Positions 60,560-64,000 of a stretch of 64,000 bases of DNA are shown piece after piece (position 1 is the stretch's first letter; every line of letters starts with the position of its first letter). Where the stretch lies: the NCBI GenBank assembly GCA_963808235.1, contig CAWEEQ010000001.1:64001-128000 (forward strand). The letters are read 5' to 3'. A program made the translations under genes and the position numbers. Under the pieces are notes generated by a model. It saw nothing but the letters and a program-made list of their open reading frames with translations, was not told the DNA's origin and did not search any database. The stretch comes from an uncultured delta proteobacterium (GTDB taxonomy: Bacteria > Desulfobacterota > Binatia > Binatales > Binataceae).

Positions 60560-61198
60560 CTATGAAGCGATTTCCGCCGCTGGCGAGCTATCTTTGTAGA
60601 GCAGCAGGAAGTGCCCTATCTTCTTGACCCAATCGACCATCTCCAACAACTCGGGATTATCCTCGTCGCTAGGCGGGTAGAGAATTCGCGACAGCGCGAT
60701 CGCTTCGAGCTGGCCGTTTGTCACACGATCCAAAATGCGCAGCCTTTCAGGATCATATGAATCCGGGCCTAACAGCTCCTGCCAGATCCCCATGCTCGCT
60801 TCGGTAAAGCCCTGACTGATCTTCGCCACCGCCTCGCGCAGCGTGGGGTCAGTGCGGCTAGCTACGACCAATTCGATCCATGCGTGGAATGCCGGTCCCT
60901 TATAGACCGACCAGAGCGAATCGACGATATAATCGAGCCGATCGGAGACCCTTCCAAGTCGCTTCCCTATCTGTTGCGATTCAGCGATTCTCTGGTCGAA
61001 GATGTATTCAAGCGCCGCGATAACCAGGGTTTCCTTTTTCGGGAAATGATGCATTTCCGCGCCTCTGGAAACCCCAGCTCGCTCGGCGACCTCGGCTATC
61101 GTTGTGCCTGCATAGCCGCATTCAAACAGCGTGAGGGCGGCTGCTTCGAGAATTCTTCGTCTCGTCTCTGCGCTTCTTTCTTCTTGCAAGTTCGACAT
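60560..61198 (-). CDS. TetR/AcrR family regulator
   Basis: QEERSAETRRRILEAA, TIAEVAERAGVSRGAEMHHFPKK, ELVVASRTDP. Confidence 0.92.
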   Translation of the reverse strand: MSNLQEERSAETRRRILEAAALTLFECGYAGTTIAEVAERAGVSRGAEMHHFPKKETLVIAALEYIFDQRIAESQQIGKRLGRVSDRLDYIVDSLWSVYKGPAFHAWIELVVASRTDPTLREAVAKISQGFTEASMGIWQELLGPDSYDPERLRILDRVTNGQLEAIALSRILYPPSDEDNPELLEMVDWVKKIGHFLLLYKDSSPAAEIAS

Positions 61199-61218
61199 TT
61201 CAACTCTCTCTGGATCGG

Positions 61219-61251
61219 AGCTTATCAACCGTACTTCCGGTTGTCAACCAG
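61219..61251 (-). promoter_or_regulatory. tetR promoter with operator palindrome in the spacer
   Basis: TTGACA(61247-61242)-N17-TAAGCT(61224-61219); CAACCG-N6-CGGTTG at 61226-61243. Confidence 0.8.
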
Positions 61252-61285
61252 CTAACACGCTTTTTGCCCACATCTTCGTCATCTC

Positions 61286-63052
61286 TCAAACGGCCGAAAG
61301 TCCTTGCATACGGCCCAGATCTTTGCCGATTGAGCGAATAACCCGCAATCCATTCGAGTTGAGTGCTTCCCGGCAGGCACGTCGCATTATTTTGCCGCTT
61401 GAGGTCCTTGGAATCTCGCCGGTTTTCAGCAAAACGATGGACTGCACTCTGAGGTCGTGACGCTCAGATATCGAACCCCGAATGGATGTAAAGAGTCCGG
61501 TCGGGGCTTCCGCGACTCCCCGTTCGTAGCGATGGGGTACCTCGGCCGCGACTACTATATTGCAGTCGGCCTCGTCAGAGAAAACGGCACACCGGCTCGT
61601 TCGCAGCCATCGGTGACTTTCAAGGACGGTTCGTTCGATGTCTTCGGGATAGTGGTTGGCACCTCTTACAATGAGAAGATCCTTAATTCGGCCGGTAATG
61701 AACACTTCCCCCGCACAGACAAAACCGAGATCTCCGGTCCGAAGAAACGGTCCGCCGCTCGAATTGGCGATTTTGGCTCTAAAGGTGGCCTCGGTTTCCT
61801 CGGATTTGTTCCAGTAGCCCTGTGCGACATTTGGGCCGCTGATCCAAATCTCCCCGATTTGGTCTGATTCGCACTCCAGCAGAGTTTCAGGATCGACTAT
61901 CCGCACCTCCGTGCCGAGCCGTGAGAAACCACATCCAACCAGCGCGACCGAGTCTTCTGCGTCGCTGGCTTCGACTCGATGTTCTTTCAGAGCGGCGCGA
62001 GACAACCTCATAACCTCGAACGATTTGTTTCGCCCCGGGCTGGTGACGAACAGCGTGGCTTCAGCCATGCCGTAACACGGAAGAAACGCTTTCGCATTGA
62101 AGCCCGTGTCGGAAAAGCATCGGGCAAATTTGTCCAGGGTCAGTGGATCTATCGGTTCCGAGCCACAGAAGGCGACCTCCCATTGGGATAGATCAAGCTG
62201 AGCGGCGCGCTCGGGTTGATATCTGGTCACGCACAACTCATAAGCGAAATTCGGCCCGCCACTGACGCGGATCCGATACTTGTGAATCAGTTCCAGCCAG
62301 CTCATCGGGTCGCGGACGAAGTGCACCGGTGACATCAATACCGTCGTGGAACCGAGGTAGAGCGGGTGCAGCATTTGTCCGATTAGCCCCATGTCGTGAT
62401 ACAGGGGAAGCCATCCGCCGACGACACAGTCTGGGCCGGCGCCAAAAGCCTCACGAATCTGCGCATGATTCGCCAGCAGGTTCCCGTGACTGACTGTCAC
62501 GCCTTTCGCGATCCCTGTTGAACCAGAGGTGTACTGGAGCAACGCGATGGAATCGCCGTCGAGGGGGGGCGGATACCAGTTTTCGTTTTCGGGTTCCGGC
62601 TCGGAATCATCGGTCATCAGCCAGCGAACGTCCTTGAACGCCGGGCATTGCTCCAGCGCGCCTTCCGCGAGCGAGCTAAGCGATTTGGTGGTTAACGCGA
62701 CTGCGGCGTCGCAGTCGGAAATTATCGTGCGCAATCGAGCAAAGGATCTTTCCAACCGGCGAGGGCTGGGGCACAGCGCCGGAACCGCGATCATCCCGGC
62801 ATACAGACATCCGAAAAAGCCCTCTATGAAATCCAGTCCCGGCGGATACAACAGAATCACCCGATCGCCATGACCGGCGATCCGCCGGAGCCGTGTAGCT
62901 ATAACGCGTGCTCGGTGGTCGAGTTCTCTGTAAGAGAGGTTGGGCACGGAGCCGTGCTCGCCTGCGTAGACCACCGAAAGTGCGTCTCCGCGACGGGCGG
63001 CATGGCGATTCAGCATCTCAACCAGGCTGATGGGTTGACTTTCAAGGCCCAT
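61286..63052 (-). CDS. fatty acyl-AMP ligase (FAAL)
   Basis: LQYTSGSTGIAKGV, WLPLYHDMGLIG, PCYGMAEATL, FAAL-type insertion, RTGDLGF, TSSGK; GGAG RBS before ATG 63052. Confidence 0.9.
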   Translation of the reverse strand: MGLESQPISLVEMLNRHAARRGDALSVVYAGEHGSVPNLSYRELDHRARVIATRLRRIAGHGDRVILLYPPGLDFIEGFFGCLYAGMIAVPALCPSPRRLERSFARLRTIISDCDAAVALTTKSLSSLAEGALEQCPAFKDVRWLMTDDSEPEPENENWYPPPLDGDSIALLQYTSGSTGIAKGVTVSHGNLLANHAQIREAFGAGPDCVVGGWLPLYHDMGLIGQMLHPLYLGSTTVLMSPVHFVRDPMSWLELIHKYRIRVSGGPNFAYELCVTRYQPERAAQLDLSQWEVAFCGSEPIDPLTLDKFARCFSDTGFNAKAFLPCYGMAEATLFVTSPGRNKSFEVMRLSRAALKEHRVEASDAEDSVALVGCGFSRLGTEVRIVDPETLLECESDQIGEIWISGPNVAQGYWNKSEETEATFRAKIANSSGGPFLRTGDLGFVCAGEVFITGRIKDLLIVRGANHYPEDIERTVLESHRWLRTSRCAVFSDEADCNIVVAAEVPHRYERGVAEAPTGLFTSIRGSISERHDLRVQSIVLLKTGEIPRTSSGKIMRRACREALNSNGLRVIRSIGKDLGRMQGLSAV

Positions 63053-63057
63053 CGTTT

Positions 63058-64000
63058 TCACTCCGCAGCCTGAGCACGGTCCGAAACGACCTGTCCCGGT
63101 GCCACGATTGGCGATCGCCGCCAAGCTGCGATGCATTGGAGCCGCCCTGACTGAAACGCCTTGCCGCATTCACTTCGCTGCAGTTTTCCGCTGGAAGTTT
63201 TGAACATCGCGTGAGGGGGCAGGAGCGCGACCGCTTCCAACTGCACTCCGAACGTGTCGGCTACCGTATGGCGGATGCGCGCAAATATCTTTTCCGCATC
63301 GACGGTACCGGGGTCGCTGACTTCATATGCGACTGCGATTCCTTCCGAGCCTCCGGCATCGACAGGGAAAGCGGCGCCGCATCCTCGCCGTAACCCCGGT
63401 TCGGATTGTTCGATCGCCGATTCGACATCCTGCGGATAAATGTTGCGCCCTCTGACGACGAGCATGTCCTTCAGGCGTCCCGTCACAAACAGTTCGCCGT
63501 CTATGTCCACGAAGCCGAGGTCGCCGGTGCGCAGAAACTGCCGACCTTCGCAGCCGAAGAGTTGCGCTTTGAGAAGTTGCTCGCTCTCGACCGGCTTTTT
63601 CCAGTAGCCCTTGGCGATGCCTGGACCCGCCAGCCAGATTTCGCCCACCTCGCGCGCGGGGCATTCCCGTCTCGTATGGGGGTTAGCGATGCGGAGCTCG
63701 ACTCCGCTGATCGGCGTGCCGCATCCGACCAGGTCTCGCACCCCCATTTCACTCTCCGTGGCGGGCAGCGCGATACCGCGCTCGAGCTCATCGGCCAGCC
63801 AGCTTCTGGTTACGGGGACTTGTGAGCGTTTAGCCAGCGTGGCAACCAGTGTTGCCTCGGCAAGCCCGTAGGCCGGACGGAAAGCTTTTGCGTTGAAACC
63901 ATGAGGACTGAAGGCCGCTACAAACCGGTCCATAGTCTTCTTTCGCACCGGCTCCGCACTGCAGAAGGCGACCTCCCAGCTGCTGAGGTCGAGAGCTTTT
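63058..64000 (-). CDS. second fatty acyl-AMP ligase, C-terminal part (start beyond window)
   Basis: DLSSWEVAFCSAEPV, PAYGLAEATL, RTGDLGF, GRNIYPQDVE, KTSSGKLQR. Confidence 0.9.
   Translation of the reverse strand, partial: KALDLSSWEVAFCSAEPVRKKTMDRFVAAFSPHGFNAKAFRPAYGLAEATLVATLAKRSQVPVTRSWLADELERGIALPATESEMGVRDLVGCGTPISGVELRIANPHTRRECPAREVGEIWLAGPGIAKGYWKKPVESEQLLKAQLFGCEGRQFLRTGDLGFVDIDGELFVTGRLKDMLVVRGRNIYPQDVESAIEQSEPGLRRGCGAAFPVDAGGSEGIAVAYEVSDPGTVDAEKIFARIRHTVADTFGVQLEAVALLPPHAMFKTSSGKLQRSECGKAFQSGRLQCIAAWRRSPIVAPGQVVSDRAQAAE

Overview
High-GC bacterial DNA. The gene repertoire (LLM/F420 oxidoreductases, amidohydrolase, paired acyl-CoA dehydrogenases, STAND ATPase) is consistent with a soil lineage such as Candidatus Binatia, which is an inference. 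The window has six blocks. (1) Housekeeping start: trxA, cvpA, asnS, then a vapBC-type module with a clear promoter and operator. (2) Envelope block, 5-22 kb: DUF2339/DUF3999, a DCC1-LMF fusion, a membrane protein plus FAD oxidoreductase, and a DUF4410 / DUF3300-DUF2950-hydrolase-DUF4105 lipoprotein locus. (3) Signalling block: MHYT kinase, two response regulators and a domain-rearranged STAND ATPase. (4) MarR-EmrAB efflux operon followed by two unannotated paralogous micro-ORFs. (5) Catabolic block, 34-55 kb, with several decayed gene remnants. (6) Beyond a truncated IS at about 56.4 kb, the edge of a probable lipid or secondary-metabolite cluster: sigma54 activator, MDR reductase, orphan AccC, TetR and two tandem fatty acyl-AMP ligases, with two regulator promoters sharing an exact 15-bp core. 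Several genes carry single-base frameshifts, which may be sequencing errors or pseudogenisation. I saw no rRNA, tRNA or CRISPR array. All family assignments come from motif recognition only; no database search was run.
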